This document shows positions 41,577 to 51,526 of a stretch of DNA of 64,000 nt, piece after piece. Source of the DNA: Coleofasciculus sp. D1-CHI-01 (lineage in GTDB: Bacteria; Cyanobacteriota; Cyanobacteriia; Cyanobacteriales; Coleofasciculaceae); assembly GCA_040218875.1 (NCBI GenBank), contig JAVJQP010000092.1, one strand, 5' to 3'. The stretch's first letter is position 1. Every line of letters begins with the position of its first letter. The notes beneath the pieces were generated by a model that was given only the letters and a program-made list of their open reading frames with translations, had not been told where the DNA came from and did no database searches. A program made the position numbers and the translations under genes.

Positions 41577-41927
41577 TTTATGTTAAAAAAGTAACGAAAA
41601 CTACACGTTATTGGCAATTTAATCAAGTCCCGTGAAATAATCGTAGTAAGGACAAATCGCACCGACTTTAATCTTTTCTAGATCAAGGAGAGATTAAACT
41701 GTTGTTTTGTTTATTGATAAGCGCGATCGCGCCTATATATAAGTTTTGCTTAATTCTAACCCAAAATTACTCAACTGGCGCTGGAGTCTGGACATTAGAG
41801 ACTTGAATCGCCAAGCAAGCTGTGCTGGTGATTAAGTTTCCTGGTTCAATCCCAATCCCAGGGGGCGATTTGTCTGGCGATGAAATTCTCTCTAATTTTA
41901 GTTCAATCCCTTATGAGGAACAATGGA

Positions 41928-43238
41928 ATGTCTGATTCATTATTAGCTGATGCTAGCACCCGATTGCACGCGGCGATGAAACATGTCTCGATTTCCGAAG
42001 ATGCGATCGCACGCTTAAAGCATCCTAAAATGAGCCTGAGTGTGTCCATCCCGGTTCGCATGGATGATGGCTCATTAACCATGGTACAAGGATATCGAGT
42101 TCGATATGATGACACCAGGGGACCCGGAAAAGGCGGTGTACGCTATCATCCCAACGTTACTCTGGATGAAGTTCAATCCCTAGCCTTTTGGATGACGTTT
42201 AAATGTGCGGTATTAAATTTACCCTTTGGTGGTGCGAAGGGGGGAGTTACGGTTAATCCCAAAAGCTTATCCAAACTGGAACTCGAACGCCTCAGTCGCG
42301 GCTACATTGACGCGATCGCCGATTTTATTGGACCGGATGTGGATATTCTCGCCCCTGATGTTTATACCAATGCGATGATTATGGGGTGGATGATGGATCA
42401 ATATAGTATCATCCGGCGTCAAATTAGTCCCGCTGTCGTTACTGGGAAACCCATCACCATGGGCGGAAGTGTGGGGCGCGATAGCGCAACTGCGACGGGG
42501 GCTTACTTTGTGATTGAATCCATGGCACCTAAACTGGATTTGATTCCCCAATACACGACAATCGCGATTCAGGGATTTGGTAAAGCCGGGGCGGTATTGG
42601 CAGAATTGCTGGCGAAAGCGGGGTATAAAGTTGTTGCCATCAGTGATTCTCAAGGCGGAATTTATGCTAAAAAAGGCTTAGATATTCCCAGTATTCGCCA
42701 GTATAAAATGTTAAGTCAAAGTCTGCAAGCGGTTTACTGTCAAGACACGGTTTGTAATATTGTTGAACATGAACAGTTAACCAATGCCGAACTCTTAGGC
42801 TTAGATGTAGACATTCTGATTCCGGCGGCGTTGGAGAATCAAATTACCCAGGATAATGTTAACGATGTCCGCGCCCGCTATATCTTTGAAGTCGCCAATG
42901 GTCCGATTACTTCAGAGGCGGATAAGGTTTTAGACAGCAAAGGAGTTCTGGTATTTCCCGATATTTTGGTTAATGCGGGTGGGGTGACAGTGAGCTATTT
43001 TGAATGGGTACAAAACCGCAGTGGACTCTATTGGAAAATGGCAAAAGTGAATGAAAATCTGAAGCAGAAAATGGTGGAAGAAAGCCAATATATTTGGTTA
43101 ATTGCCAAAGAGTTAGCGGTTTCCCTGCGAACCGCTGCTTATGTTCATGCGTTGAATCGCTTAGGGGAAGCCCTTAATGCTAAAGGAACCCGAGACTACT
43201 ATGTCAATGGTCGCATTCCTGGCATGAATTCCCGGTAA
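41928..43238 (+). CDS. gdhA: Glu/Leu/Phe/Val-family dehydrogenase, most likely glutamate dehydrogenase
   Basis: Catalytic-Lys region GPGKGGVRYHP and LPFGGAKGG. Rossmann motif IQGFGKAGA. The preferred start is the ATG at 41928 with a gagga SD 8 nt upstream. Confidence 0.88.
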   Translation: MSDSLLADASTRLHAAMKHVSISEDAIARLKHPKMSLSVSIPVRMDDGSLTMVQGYRVRYDDTRGPGKGGVRYHPNVTLDEVQSLAFWMTFKCAVLNLPFGGAKGGVTVNPKSLSKLELERLSRGYIDAIADFIGPDVDILAPDVYTNAMIMGWMMDQYSIIRRQISPAVVTGKPITMGGSVGRDSATATGAYFVIESMAPKLDLIPQYTTIAIQGFGKAGAVLAELLAKAGYKVVAISDSQGGIYAKKGLDIPSIRQYKMLSQSLQAVYCQDTVCNIVEHEQLTNAELLGLDVDILIPAALENQITQDNVNDVRARYIFEVANGPITSEADKVLDSKGVLVFPDILVNAGGVTVSYFEWVQNRSGLYWKMAKVNENLKQKMVEESQYIWLIAKELAVSLRTAAYVHALNRLGEALNAKGTRDYYVNGRIPGMNSR

Positions 43239-43306
43239 TTCGGGTTTGCTGAATAAGTGGTGAGGTGAGGGGGAGATGGGGAACAAAATTTCTATAGCCC
43301 ATTACC

Positions 43307-43334
43307 CTGTTTCCTATTCCCTATTCCCTAATCT
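43307..43334. repeat. short heptamer array CT[GA]TT[TC]C
   Basis: ctgtttc ctattcc ctattcc ctaatct in the spacer between gdhA and the RAMP gene. Confidence 0.7.
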
Positions 43335-43403
43335 TGGAGTACGGTTTGTAAGTTGTCTCGGAAACTTAGTATGAATCGTTGCTACATTTGCTACCTTCAC
43401 TTA

Positions 43404-45581
43404 TCACCGACGCTTGGGTGGTTTTGGAGGTCTGGCAAAAGCTGGATTGCCACTTCCCTTATCCTCTCGTCCACCCTCCTTTTTTAGACGAGTGGGCGAT
43501 TTAGATTTTTTAAGCACAGGCTTACTTCCCTTTGCTTTTGGCTGGGGAGATGGATTGGGTTTGTTTATCTTCCGGTTATCTTCCCATCCTATTACTTGTA
43601 AAGGAGTCGGTAGAACGGGACGCTCTTTATACTCATTTTTATCAGTTCCAATCCTTGGCTGGTGATCACGCTCAATTTCCATATATCGTGCTTCATTGCT
43701 GGAAACACCAGACCAACTGAGCATTGCTAGAAGCATCTTGATACGGGGTAATTCTTCTAAAGTTGTGGCTTTACCTGTGTTCGGCTGATCTGCCTCGCTG
43801 ATATGATTGAGGACATACTTTTCAAACGCTTTCACACATCTGTGGTGTGTGTCAGCGGCATCAGATTTTTCTCCGATATGCCAGTTATTATCTTGAAATA
43901 GCTTTTTGTATCGTTGTTTGCGATCACTCAGATGTATCTGATAAGTAATCTTGATGGCTCCCATTCCCAGTGGTTTACCCATGCCAATTGACAGACGATA
44001 CTCTTCCTTTTGTGCAATATTCAGTACCCAAAGGATAGCACCAAGCTCCACATCACTAAGATTCTCAAAATCGATAGTAAATGTAAAAGAGACTCCAGCT
44101 TTAATCGGCTTTATCTGAGTGGTTTGGCTTTCTGAAGCTTCAGGATCATTAAGCACAACTGAAGGCGAACGTCCTTTGTGCCAGTAGAGCTTATGTCCTC
44201 GGATCACTGTTTCCGCTTCTGGTTTATTGGCATAGTGCTTTAATTCGCGCTTTCTTGCTTCTGGGTCAGTTTGAACTAAGTAGTGCTGAAATGTAGTCGG
44301 TTTAGGACTAGCTAAAATCTTAGGCGTAATTGGGTCATTTTTTAACCAGATCTCATCACCAGCCATTCTTTCACAGATGGCATCACTGATAAAGACACGT
44401 CCAGCACGCGCTTGATTTTTTTTCTGTTTTTCATTTCTAACATAGCCAAATATGGTTTCAGCCATATCTAAGATTTCAGCGTTGTGTAAATAGTCGGGAA
44501 CAAAATCAACGGCTGAAGCCGCACGTCCATCACCTGTAGAAGAGTAGGGAACACGAAAATTGGGACTTTGACCAAATAAAGTTACAATTTTTTCTTGCTG
44601 TGGCTGACAGTAAAAAATAGCACGACCCTGTGTTAAAACACCCAATTTTTCGTCAAATGGGTTTTTCTCATAGGGGGCTTTTCCTTTCTGAAAGGTGGTT
44701 AAGGCATGGCAGTAATGCTCAATCGCATCATCACTAATCTTGAGAAGTTTGGCATTGGTGTCAGGTTCTCGAATTAGGCAGTGATTTTTGCGCTGGAGGT
44801 TATCTGGATTATCACTAGCTTCCAACATATTACCACTCGTGACTAATACACCTCTGTATTTGTAAGCCTCACAGTCACTGCTGACATCTTTAGCAAACTG
44901 ACGACCATTTTTAGGATACAAATTCCCAAAACTGATGTTGTATTTATATTGTGGGCGGTAGTCTGAAGATTTCATGGGGATAAGTTCAGTAATTTTCCCA
45001 CACAAGTTTTTTTCTTGAACCAAAATAAACGGTTTATTCTCAATGGCAAGTGCCGGACGAATGTACCAACCATCAGCTTGCTTGGTAAGATAACCTGCCT
45101 TAACCTTTCTTCCCTTATCTAGATACTTTTCATATTCTTTTTTTAACGGTTCATCTTTGTCGGCAGCAACCGCACGGAAAAAAAATCGTTGTTGCTCAGA
45201 TACCTGTTCAAGCTTACCAAAGCTAACAATTTCTACCAAAGTCCGCAACAACCCCCTCAAACTACTACCAGGCAGAGTAGGACGCTGATTTGACGGGGTG
45301 GTGAAGAAATCTGCTCGTTTACGGCGCTGCTCTGAAGTCAAATCTTCATTATTTTTATCCCCAAAATTGGCAAAGTCAGTTGGAGTTAAACCACTCCGAA
45401 TATATAGAGGTGATTCAGTGATTAATGTGCATATAATTTGACCTGTATGCCGATTTGGGCAATATCTTTCATTGTCAGGCAAAGGTTCTGCTGGAACGAT
45501 TGTGTCAGGTAATTCGACAAAATTGTACGGCGCGATCGCCTTACGATCTTCCGGTACTTTTTTGAGATGTTTGGGAAGCAT
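43404..45581 (-). CDS. large CRISPR-associated RAMP protein (TIGR03986-like) with Lys/Pro-rich basic tail
   Basis: 725 aa. N-terminal APYNFVELPD. RAMP signature LPGSSLRGLLRTLVEIVS and G-rich loop SIGMGKPLGMGAIK. The last ~55 aa are basic and low-complexity (KPNPSPQPKAKGSKPVLKKSKSP ... RPPKPPKRR). It is the last gene of the Cas10 operon. Confidence 0.65.
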   Translation of the reverse strand: MLPKHLKKVPEDRKAIAPYNFVELPDTIVPAEPLPDNERYCPNRHTGQIICTLITESPLYIRSGLTPTDFANFGDKNNEDLTSEQRRKRADFFTTPSNQRPTLPGSSLRGLLRTLVEIVSFGKLEQVSEQQRFFFRAVAADKDEPLKKEYEKYLDKGRKVKAGYLTKQADGWYIRPALAIENKPFILVQEKNLCGKITELIPMKSSDYRPQYKYNISFGNLYPKNGRQFAKDVSSDCEAYKYRGVLVTSGNMLEASDNPDNLQRKNHCLIREPDTNAKLLKISDDAIEHYCHALTTFQKGKAPYEKNPFDEKLGVLTQGRAIFYCQPQQEKIVTLFGQSPNFRVPYSSTGDGRAASAVDFVPDYLHNAEILDMAETIFGYVRNEKQKKNQARAGRVFISDAICERMAGDEIWLKNDPITPKILASPKPTTFQHYLVQTDPEARKRELKHYANKPEAETVIRGHKLYWHKGRSPSVVLNDPEASESQTTQIKPIKAGVSFTFTIDFENLSDVELGAILWVLNIAQKEEYRLSIGMGKPLGMGAIKITYQIHLSDRKQRYKKLFQDNNWHIGEKSDAADTHHRCVKAFEKYVLNHISEADQPNTGKATTLEELPRIKMLLAMLSWSGVSSNEARYMEIERDHQPRIGTDKNEYKERPVLPTPLQVIGWEDNRKINKPNPSPQPKAKGSKPVLKKSKSPTRLKKEGGREDKGSGNPAFARPPKPPKRR

Positions 45582-46164
45582 TGTTCAATTCCTTTTCAGT
45601 AGTTAAATCAACAAGACGACTTAGAGAGATACGAGCTACTCCATCATCATCATAGGTAATGTAGTGATGTACAATGAGACGCACTGGGTTAATCAGTTGA
45701 TGGCGATCGCCTAATTCTATCTCACTAAATGGTACGGCGTGTCTGAATCCTTGGGAACCATGCCTAAGTAAGGTAAAGTTATCTCGCTTTTCCCCATGAG
45801 TTCCCCAGAGAATCTGTCTTTCTGGGATTTTGTCTACCTCTGAATTATCTTGGACTAGACGCGATCGCCAAGTTTCACCCGCCCGCCAAAGTAATACTTC
45901 CCCATGTTTACCAAAGATACGGCATTGTTGAAGGGTGAGGACTCGTAGAGATGGAAAATCTACGTTAAACTCAGGCTGGTGAAATATCTGTTCCGCTGTG
46001 GTTAATTTACCTGAATCAAAGCGACCCCAAATTACACCGTCTTCAGCATGAGCTAGCAGATAATTTAGGTTCCAGGTTATCGCTTGTTTTTCTAACCAAT
46101 ATCTAAGCGTTTCATCATCTACAATCCCATCAATAGGAAGCTTTTGGCATAACACTTTGTTCAT
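45541..46164 (-). CDS. csx19: Csx19-like (TIGR03984-like) type III-D accessory protein
   Basis: 207 aa. The call rests on position between two RAMP genes and the LLAHAEDGVIWGR segment, recalled as typical of this cyanobacterial family. Its start overlaps the upstream stop by 4 nt, and its 3' end overlaps the next start by 41 nt. Confidence 0.45.
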   Translation of the reverse strand: MNKVLCQKLPIDGIVDDETLRYWLEKQAITWNLNYLLAHAEDGVIWGRFDSGKLTTAEQIFHQPEFNVDFPSLRVLTLQQCRIFGKHGEVLLWRAGETWRSRLVQDNSEVDKIPERQILWGTHGEKRDNFTLLRHGSQGFRHAVPFSEIELGDRHQLINPVRLIVHHYITYDDDGVARISLSRLVDLTTEKELNNASQTSQKSTGRS

Positions 46165-47630
46165 TCTATCAACTCCCCAGAAAAATCAATCACAAATGCT
46201 TCTAAACCGTTGGCATCACTAATTTGCAGATGTTCTCCATCTTGGAAGATTGTCCAGGTTTGTGTGGCTTTTCCGGGAATCTGTCGTCTCATTTTTGCTT
46301 TGATTCCCTGCAACCGTCCCCGTCCAATACTACTTTCACCCCCAACAGGTAAATCACTTGTCCACAAATCTTTGAGCAATAGGAGTAGTAAACCTATTTC
46401 AGCCTTCCTTGGCTGGCGCAACTCTAGTTCCAAAGTTAGCCGCGTTTCATCACTACCAAATATCGGCTGTTCGCTGAACAAAGCACCGTGGTAAGTACCA
46501 CCTGTAAAACGGTCAATGGCGATGCGGTTTTGCACCAATTCAGCAGTATTTTCGATAACGCTTTCATGTACCACCAGGCGGCTGGCTTTTGCTTGTTTAC
46601 TGTTTTTCTCGACAAAGCCGAATACATCATTGACAATTTTTTGTGCCATTTTCTCGGGCTTGTCCAAGGTATTAACAATACGTTCAGCACGATGGCGTAA
46701 AACACCTGCTAGACTGGTTCCAGATAGCACAGGTTTGAGTTCACCGTCTCGATGCGATCGCAAATGCACCACATCAGGCGCACAACCCGTGGAGTCTTGA
46801 CCTGAGCGAATTAGCAAGGGACTGGCGAGTTTAAACGTAGCTTCGAGGAAGAAGCGATCGCGTTTATCTTCCTCTTCATCTAAAGATACTCCAAAAGCCG
46901 TAGCAATTGACGAATACGTTTCGTATTCTGGTGATAATTCTGTACACCAATGCTCAAATAGTAACCATTCTAATCTTTTCTCATCTTGAGTGAGGTCAAA
47001 TTCCCAGACTTGCCACGCTTTCACTGTACAGCGACCAAAGCCCCGTCGCTTTTTCATCCCAATGCTAATTTCACCAAGTTCTAAGCCTCGTAAGGCTAAC
47101 GCTAGTGATTTAACTAGCCGATCTTCATAATTGAGTTGTTTTGTTTTGTCTCTTTTTTGCTCTACCAGTAGCTCAAAGTAGAGAGGGAATTCAGTTCCAG
47201 CACTTAATAGCTCTAAGTCGTATTTCTGACCTTTTTTGGCTGTACCCGTTTTTCCTTCAATTTCTACTCCATCTCTCAATTCCACAGTGGGTATCTTGCT
47301 ACTGATGGCATCATTCACAATTAATGGACTTTGTTCACCATCATCATTACGACGGGTTCCACCAAATAGGGAAGTAGCGCGATCGCACTCTTGTTCACCT
47401 GTCACATACCCATGCTCATACTCACGTAAGTAATTTCTCAAAGCACCTGCAATAGATGAACCTGTTAAAAGAGCATGGTCACTAATACTATCTCTGAGTA
47501 AGGCTAAATCAGTTGGACTATCTGCATCACCACTTCCCAGACAAGTAGGAGTATCTAAAATTAATGTACCTCGTACAATGATGCATTTAGCAATAGGGCG
47601 TTGGTGGCGGTTCAGGCGTTCAATACTCAT
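46161..47630 (-). CDS. fused double RAMP protein (Cas7-Cas7, Csm3/Cmr4-like)
   Basis: 489 aa with two RAMP modules. Module 1 reads CLGSGDADSPTDLALLRD ... LTGSSIAGALRNYL ... IGMKKRRGFGRC. Module 2 reads LSGTSLAGVLRHRAERI ... GGESSIGRGRL, giving two G-rich loops. Confidence 0.7.
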   Translation of the reverse strand: MSIERLNRHQRPIAKCIIVRGTLILDTPTCLGSGDADSPTDLALLRDSISDHALLTGSSIAGALRNYLREYEHGYVTGEQECDRATSLFGGTRRNDDGEQSPLIVNDAISSKIPTVELRDGVEIEGKTGTAKKGQKYDLELLSAGTEFPLYFELLVEQKRDKTKQLNYEDRLVKSLALALRGLELGEISIGMKKRRGFGRCTVKAWQVWEFDLTQDEKRLEWLLFEHWCTELSPEYETYSSIATAFGVSLDEEEDKRDRFFLEATFKLASPLLIRSGQDSTGCAPDVVHLRSHRDGELKPVLSGTSLAGVLRHRAERIVNTLDKPEKMAQKIVNDVFGFVEKNSKQAKASRLVVHESVIENTAELVQNRIAIDRFTGGTYHGALFSEQPIFGSDETRLTLELELRQPRKAEIGLLLLLLKDLWTSDLPVGGESSIGRGRLQGIKAKMRRQIPGKATQTWTIFQDGEHLQISDANGLEAFVIDFSGELIE

Positions 47631-49198
47631 TAGTTTCTCTCCTTAGTTGCCTTCTTCGCCACTGCCATAATTAGCCGTAGCGTGTACTTTTCAGCTAGCT
47701 TATCTTGTCGGGCGCGATCGTCATCGAATTGGCGCTCTACATCAGCAATTTTGACTTCTATACCATTAATCCAATCTGTCGGATTTTTCAACCACTCCTC
47801 TAGCTGTTGCTTGAAGGATTTATTTCCTATTTTTGTGCGCTCAAACTGATTACGGGCATTAGAAGGTAAGTTATTTAGTAGCGAGACAACTAAACTACAA
47901 TCCCCGTTGGGAAGTGCTTGTCGGGCAACAGATTGCAGTCGTGATAATTGGCTGTTACTCATGCCCTCATCCAAGCTTAAATATCCAACTTGTTTTTGAA
48001 GATATTGTTCTAGCTTTTGCTCCAACAGTCTTTGTGCCATCTGTTCAGCTATCAGCCGCGAACCTTCACTTAACGCAAGTAAGCCAGAGGGACTCGATAA
48101 CTTGGGCAAAATTACTTGAATATATTCACTTTCTATCCAATTTACAGCAATTCGCCCAAAGCCATCTTCTCTTCTCTCTCCAATTCCGCTAGCTTCAAGT
48201 CGCTGAATTTGTTCTGAAGTAATTTCAATATCTTCACCTTCAAAAACAATCACACTCCCTGCTGTTAAAACTGGAACTTGAGGTAAAGGCAATCCCCATT
48301 TGCGGTTAAAGCCACCGATTAGAGTGCTGCTAGTGAAAATACCTCCTGGTTTAGGTTGAGGCAAGGTTATATTTAAAACATCCTCAATTGCTTGTTTAAT
48401 TAAACTTGGATCGGCTACAGGTTGACCCTGATCGTTTCTTAACAGCGTGTCACTGAGAAGGGTAATGCTTAAAACTTCATCATTTTCTCGATCTTCTGCT
48501 GGAATCCCTATTTCACTCCAATTCGTGCTAGATTGTTGGGGGGGGATAATTTTAGTCTGTCCGTATCCCGCACTTTGAGAACCTCCAAACCAGATATTGG
48601 GTTCGACTAATAAATTCTGAATTGTTTCTACATCGTCATCTTCACAAAGAATGATAGATTGAAAGGTTTGTCCTGCATCTAAAGCCTCGTAGCGGAAGAG
48701 TTCACCTTGATTATCTGTCGATCTCCCTTTTTTGCGATCGCGAAAATTATGAATATTAATCCGTCGCTTTTCTTTATATAACTTTACAACTCCTCCTTCC
48801 TTTGCCCAGAAGTATTCACCAACAGCTTTCGGCGTTTCTGGGTCTTCTCCTTTCTCAATACTGAAATCATATACAGTTATAGGCAAATTATCAGTAAATT
48901 CTGCATCCTTATCCTTGAACCAAGACAAAGGTAGAGGAAGAGTTCGTTTATTTTTTTGACTCAAAATATACGCATTTAAGTAGCGAGTCCTTTTAGCATC
49001 AAAGAAAAGTCGCTTCACTTCATCATTGCTTAAATCAAGTTCTGACAAGTGATACTGCCTCATATAACGCCCAATAATTGCACCACGAATCATACTACCA
49101 GGAATATAAGGATATGACACGTCACTATTTGGATCGCCTTGAAATGAAGTAGCAAGAACGGGTTGCTGAGTTTCTAAGGTTAAAATAATGGCTTTCAT
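47630..49198 (-). CDS. csx10: Csx10-like RAMP protein (Cas5/Csm5-position subunit of type III-D)
   Basis: 522 aa. N-terminal YPYIPGSMIRGAIIGRY and G-rich loop SGIGERREDGFGRI. Its stop shares 1 nt with the next start (TAATG). Confidence 0.6.
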   Translation of the reverse strand: MKAIILTLETQQPVLATSFQGDPNSDVSYPYIPGSMIRGAIIGRYMRQYHLSELDLSNDEVKRLFFDAKRTRYLNAYILSQKNKRTLPLPLSWFKDKDAEFTDNLPITVYDFSIEKGEDPETPKAVGEYFWAKEGGVVKLYKEKRRINIHNFRDRKKGRSTDNQGELFRYEALDAGQTFQSIILCEDDDVETIQNLLVEPNIWFGGSQSAGYGQTKIIPPQQSSTNWSEIGIPAEDRENDEVLSITLLSDTLLRNDQGQPVADPSLIKQAIEDVLNITLPQPKPGGIFTSSTLIGGFNRKWGLPLPQVPVLTAGSVIVFEGEDIEITSEQIQRLEASGIGERREDGFGRIAVNWIESEYIQVILPKLSSPSGLLALSEGSRLIAEQMAQRLLEQKLEQYLQKQVGYLSLDEGMSNSQLSRLQSVARQALPNGDCSLVVSLLNNLPSNARNQFERTKIGNKSFKQQLEEWLKNPTDWINGIEVKIADVERQFDDDRARQDKLAEKYTLRLIMAVAKKATKERN

Positions 49199-49206
49199 CC
49201 AACTTT

Positions 49207-49869
49207 TTATTTTTCCTTAATGTCTTTGCCAAAATTATTTAGATGTTGATGGGTAATGTCATTTCCTTCTGAATCGTGTAACCTACATTGAACGTGACCT
49301 CGACCTCGATTACGTCCACTACCTAAGCGTCGGAGTGCCATAGCACCAACAGCTAAAAGCGATAGCATTTCATCATTTGGAGTTTTCTCAAAAATTAAGT
49401 CAGCCGTGAAACAAAGGTCACGTAAAACAACACGGTAGGAACGTAAACTTCCCTCATCTGATGTACCCGATTGTGGGTCTATTGCAGTTTGACGACGGAT
49501 AGTTGTCAGGGAATCAAGCACCTCCGTTTTTGTTAAAGTTTCATCTTGGATTTGGAAGGCAACGGCTTGACGCAAGTCATCGGGTAAACAAGCATCTTCC
49601 ACATGAACTGCTGCCATTGTTCCAAGGGTGCTACCAAGCGTACCGAACAAGTTACAAGCAACCTTCTCCCAATCCTGTTTATACTCAGAAAGTACAGCAA
49701 TTAAGTTATCGCATTCTTCACTCAGTAATCCTTTGAGAGTGCGTCCTCGTAAGTAGGGAAATCCATAAGGATCATGCTCTACTTCTTGATCGATTAAACC
49801 CGCTACTCCATCCCCACGTCCAAAGGTGGTATCACTCAACAGTTTGATTTTCAGTTGATACGTTGACAT
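49207..49869 (-). CDS. RAMP protein, Cas7 (Csm3/Cmr4-like)
   Basis: 220 aa. TTFGRGDGVAGLIDQEV, YLRGRTLKGLLSEEC, and G-rich loop RLGSGRNRGRGHV. Confidence 0.7.
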   Translation of the reverse strand: MSTYQLKIKLLSDTTFGRGDGVAGLIDQEVEHDPYGFPYLRGRTLKGLLSEECDNLIAVLSEYKQDWEKVACNLFGTLGSTLGTMAAVHVEDACLPDDLRQAVAFQIQDETLTKTEVLDSLTTIRRQTAIDPQSGTSDEGSLRSYRVVLRDLCFTADLIFEKTPNDEMLSLLAVGAMALRRLGSGRNRGRGHVQCRLHDSEGNDITHQHLNNFGKDIKEK

Positions 49870-49873
49870 CTGA

Positions 49874-51526
49874 TTATTCCCTCAATGATATATAAAAATC
49901 CATTGCTTCGATAGCATCAAAATAGCCACAAATGCCATTCAGCCAACCTTTTTTAGCTAAATCTGTACTTTGACCGCTAAATTCTGGGAATAGTGGTAGT
50001 TGCTCATCTTTTATTTGGTAGTTTTTGAGGAACTTCTGAGTTGCATCTATCCCTTGACGCAGCACTTCTCGTAAGGCAATAACCTTATTACGACGACCTT
50101 TCCAGTTATCATCTTCGTTAAAATGTTGGACTACTTTTGTGAAACCTTTCCAAGTCCGCCAATCGCTATCTTGTTCTTTTCTCAAACTTATAGGTCGCAT
50201 TTCTAATGAAGCAACTTCCTGGAAATCAGGAATTTTTACGCGATACTCGCGCTCACGAATTTCTGAAATTGAACCGCTTAAGCCACTAGCTGCTAAATGC
50301 CAATCTAAAGCTGAAAAATCTCTTTTGTTTTCATCTTTAACAAACCTTTTTGCATTTCGACACAAGTCTTCGCTAAGTTCATAAGCTCGTGCAAAAGGGT
50401 AATGAGTTTTTACAACGCAAATTCCCGCACAAGCTCTGATAGGCTTGGGCTTGCCATCGGCATCGGCAATGGGTTGTTTTTCCAGTTCTTCAAGATAGAT
50501 TGCTGCCAGTTCAAGCCCTAAGCGTCCATCACAAACAAAAGTAACATCATCACCGCCATAGACGAGAGGACGGAATGGTAAGTAATTATCTTTTATCTCA
50601 AAATAACCTTTGACTTTTTTCTTTCCGTTTTCATCTGTTTGAATCGATTGAACCAGTATCTCTATTACCGTTTTCAGCGCATTAATACCAGCCTGATTAA
50701 CGCTATGGGACAGTTCACGCATAGCAATAATGTAGTCTCGATTGGATTTATCCTTGCCAAACTCTTGAAATCGTTTACCCATACCATTACCATCAGCATG
50801 AATCACAGCAACATAGCTGGAATCTCCTTCTGAACGCCCCATATAGTCAGTTCTTAGGGGAAAATTATAAATCTCGGAAGTCGTGTTGAGTAATTTTTCT
50901 CTAAGTTGACGATTTGCAAAATGAACTGCGTCCAGTTTTTTCTGAATTTCTCTAGAAATTAGATAAGGCTCGTCATCTTCAAATTTTTCACTCATTCCTA
51001 CAGCAACTAATTGAGTCGATCTGCAAGTTGCTGTTACGCTTAAACCTAGTAATGGTGCAGAGGGTATTCTGCTTCGCTTTTTGGCATCCAAATCATTTTT
51101 CATCAAATCCTGAACTACCTGATAAAGAGATTGATTATCCCAATCAAACTCTTTATGGACAGCTACTAAATTGATACCCTGTGCTTCTTCTAAAATTCGC
51201 TTACTCAAAATCTGAGTAAACTGCACGGCATACTGCTTGTCTGAAAAAAGCAATACTGTATTACCGCCACCTGCATAAACTAACTCAGCAGCTAGTTCGT
51301 CATCTTCGATGTGCGGTTTTGCATCTGGTTGATGTTTTTCAGGATCGAATGCGTAAACTTCTTGGTGAATTTGGTCTTTCAACATACCTAAAGCATTTCT
51401 CGCCCAGTTATCAGTTGCTTGAGAAACTAAGTAAGATGCACCAATATTTTCGCGTAGGCGGTTACTCCCAAAAATATAGGGTTGAATCCCAGTTGTATCT
51501 AGTACAGTGACAGTGAATTTTCTCAT
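49874..51526 (-). CDS. cas10: Cas10-like cyclase/polymerase subunit, short form without HD domain
   Basis: 550 aa. The palm-1 motif LDTTGIQPYIF starts at residue 9, followed by YAGGGNTVLLF. Palm 2 reads VIHADGNGMG and then LVYGGDDVTFVCDG (GGDD at nt 50546-50557). The start overlaps the stop of the CARF gene by 4 nt, so there is no room for an upstream HD domain. Confidence 0.75.
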   Translation of the reverse strand: MRKFTVTVLDTTGIQPYIFGSNRLRENIGASYLVSQATDNWARNALGMLKDQIHQEVYAFDPEKHQPDAKPHIEDDELAAELVYAGGGNTVLLFSDKQYAVQFTQILSKRILEEAQGINLVAVHKEFDWDNQSLYQVVQDLMKNDLDAKKRSRIPSAPLLGLSVTATCRSTQLVAVGMSEKFEDDEPYLISREIQKKLDAVHFANRQLREKLLNTTSEIYNFPLRTDYMGRSEGDSSYVAVIHADGNGMGKRFQEFGKDKSNRDYIIAMRELSHSVNQAGINALKTVIEILVQSIQTDENGKKKVKGYFEIKDNYLPFRPLVYGGDDVTFVCDGRLGLELAAIYLEELEKQPIADADGKPKPIRACAGICVVKTHYPFARAYELSEDLCRNAKRFVKDENKRDFSALDWHLAASGLSGSISEIREREYRVKIPDFQEVASLEMRPISLRKEQDSDWRTWKGFTKVVQHFNEDDNWKGRRNKVIALREVLRQGIDATQKFLKNYQIKDEQLPLFPEFSGQSTDLAKKGWLNGICGYFDAIEAMDFYISLRE

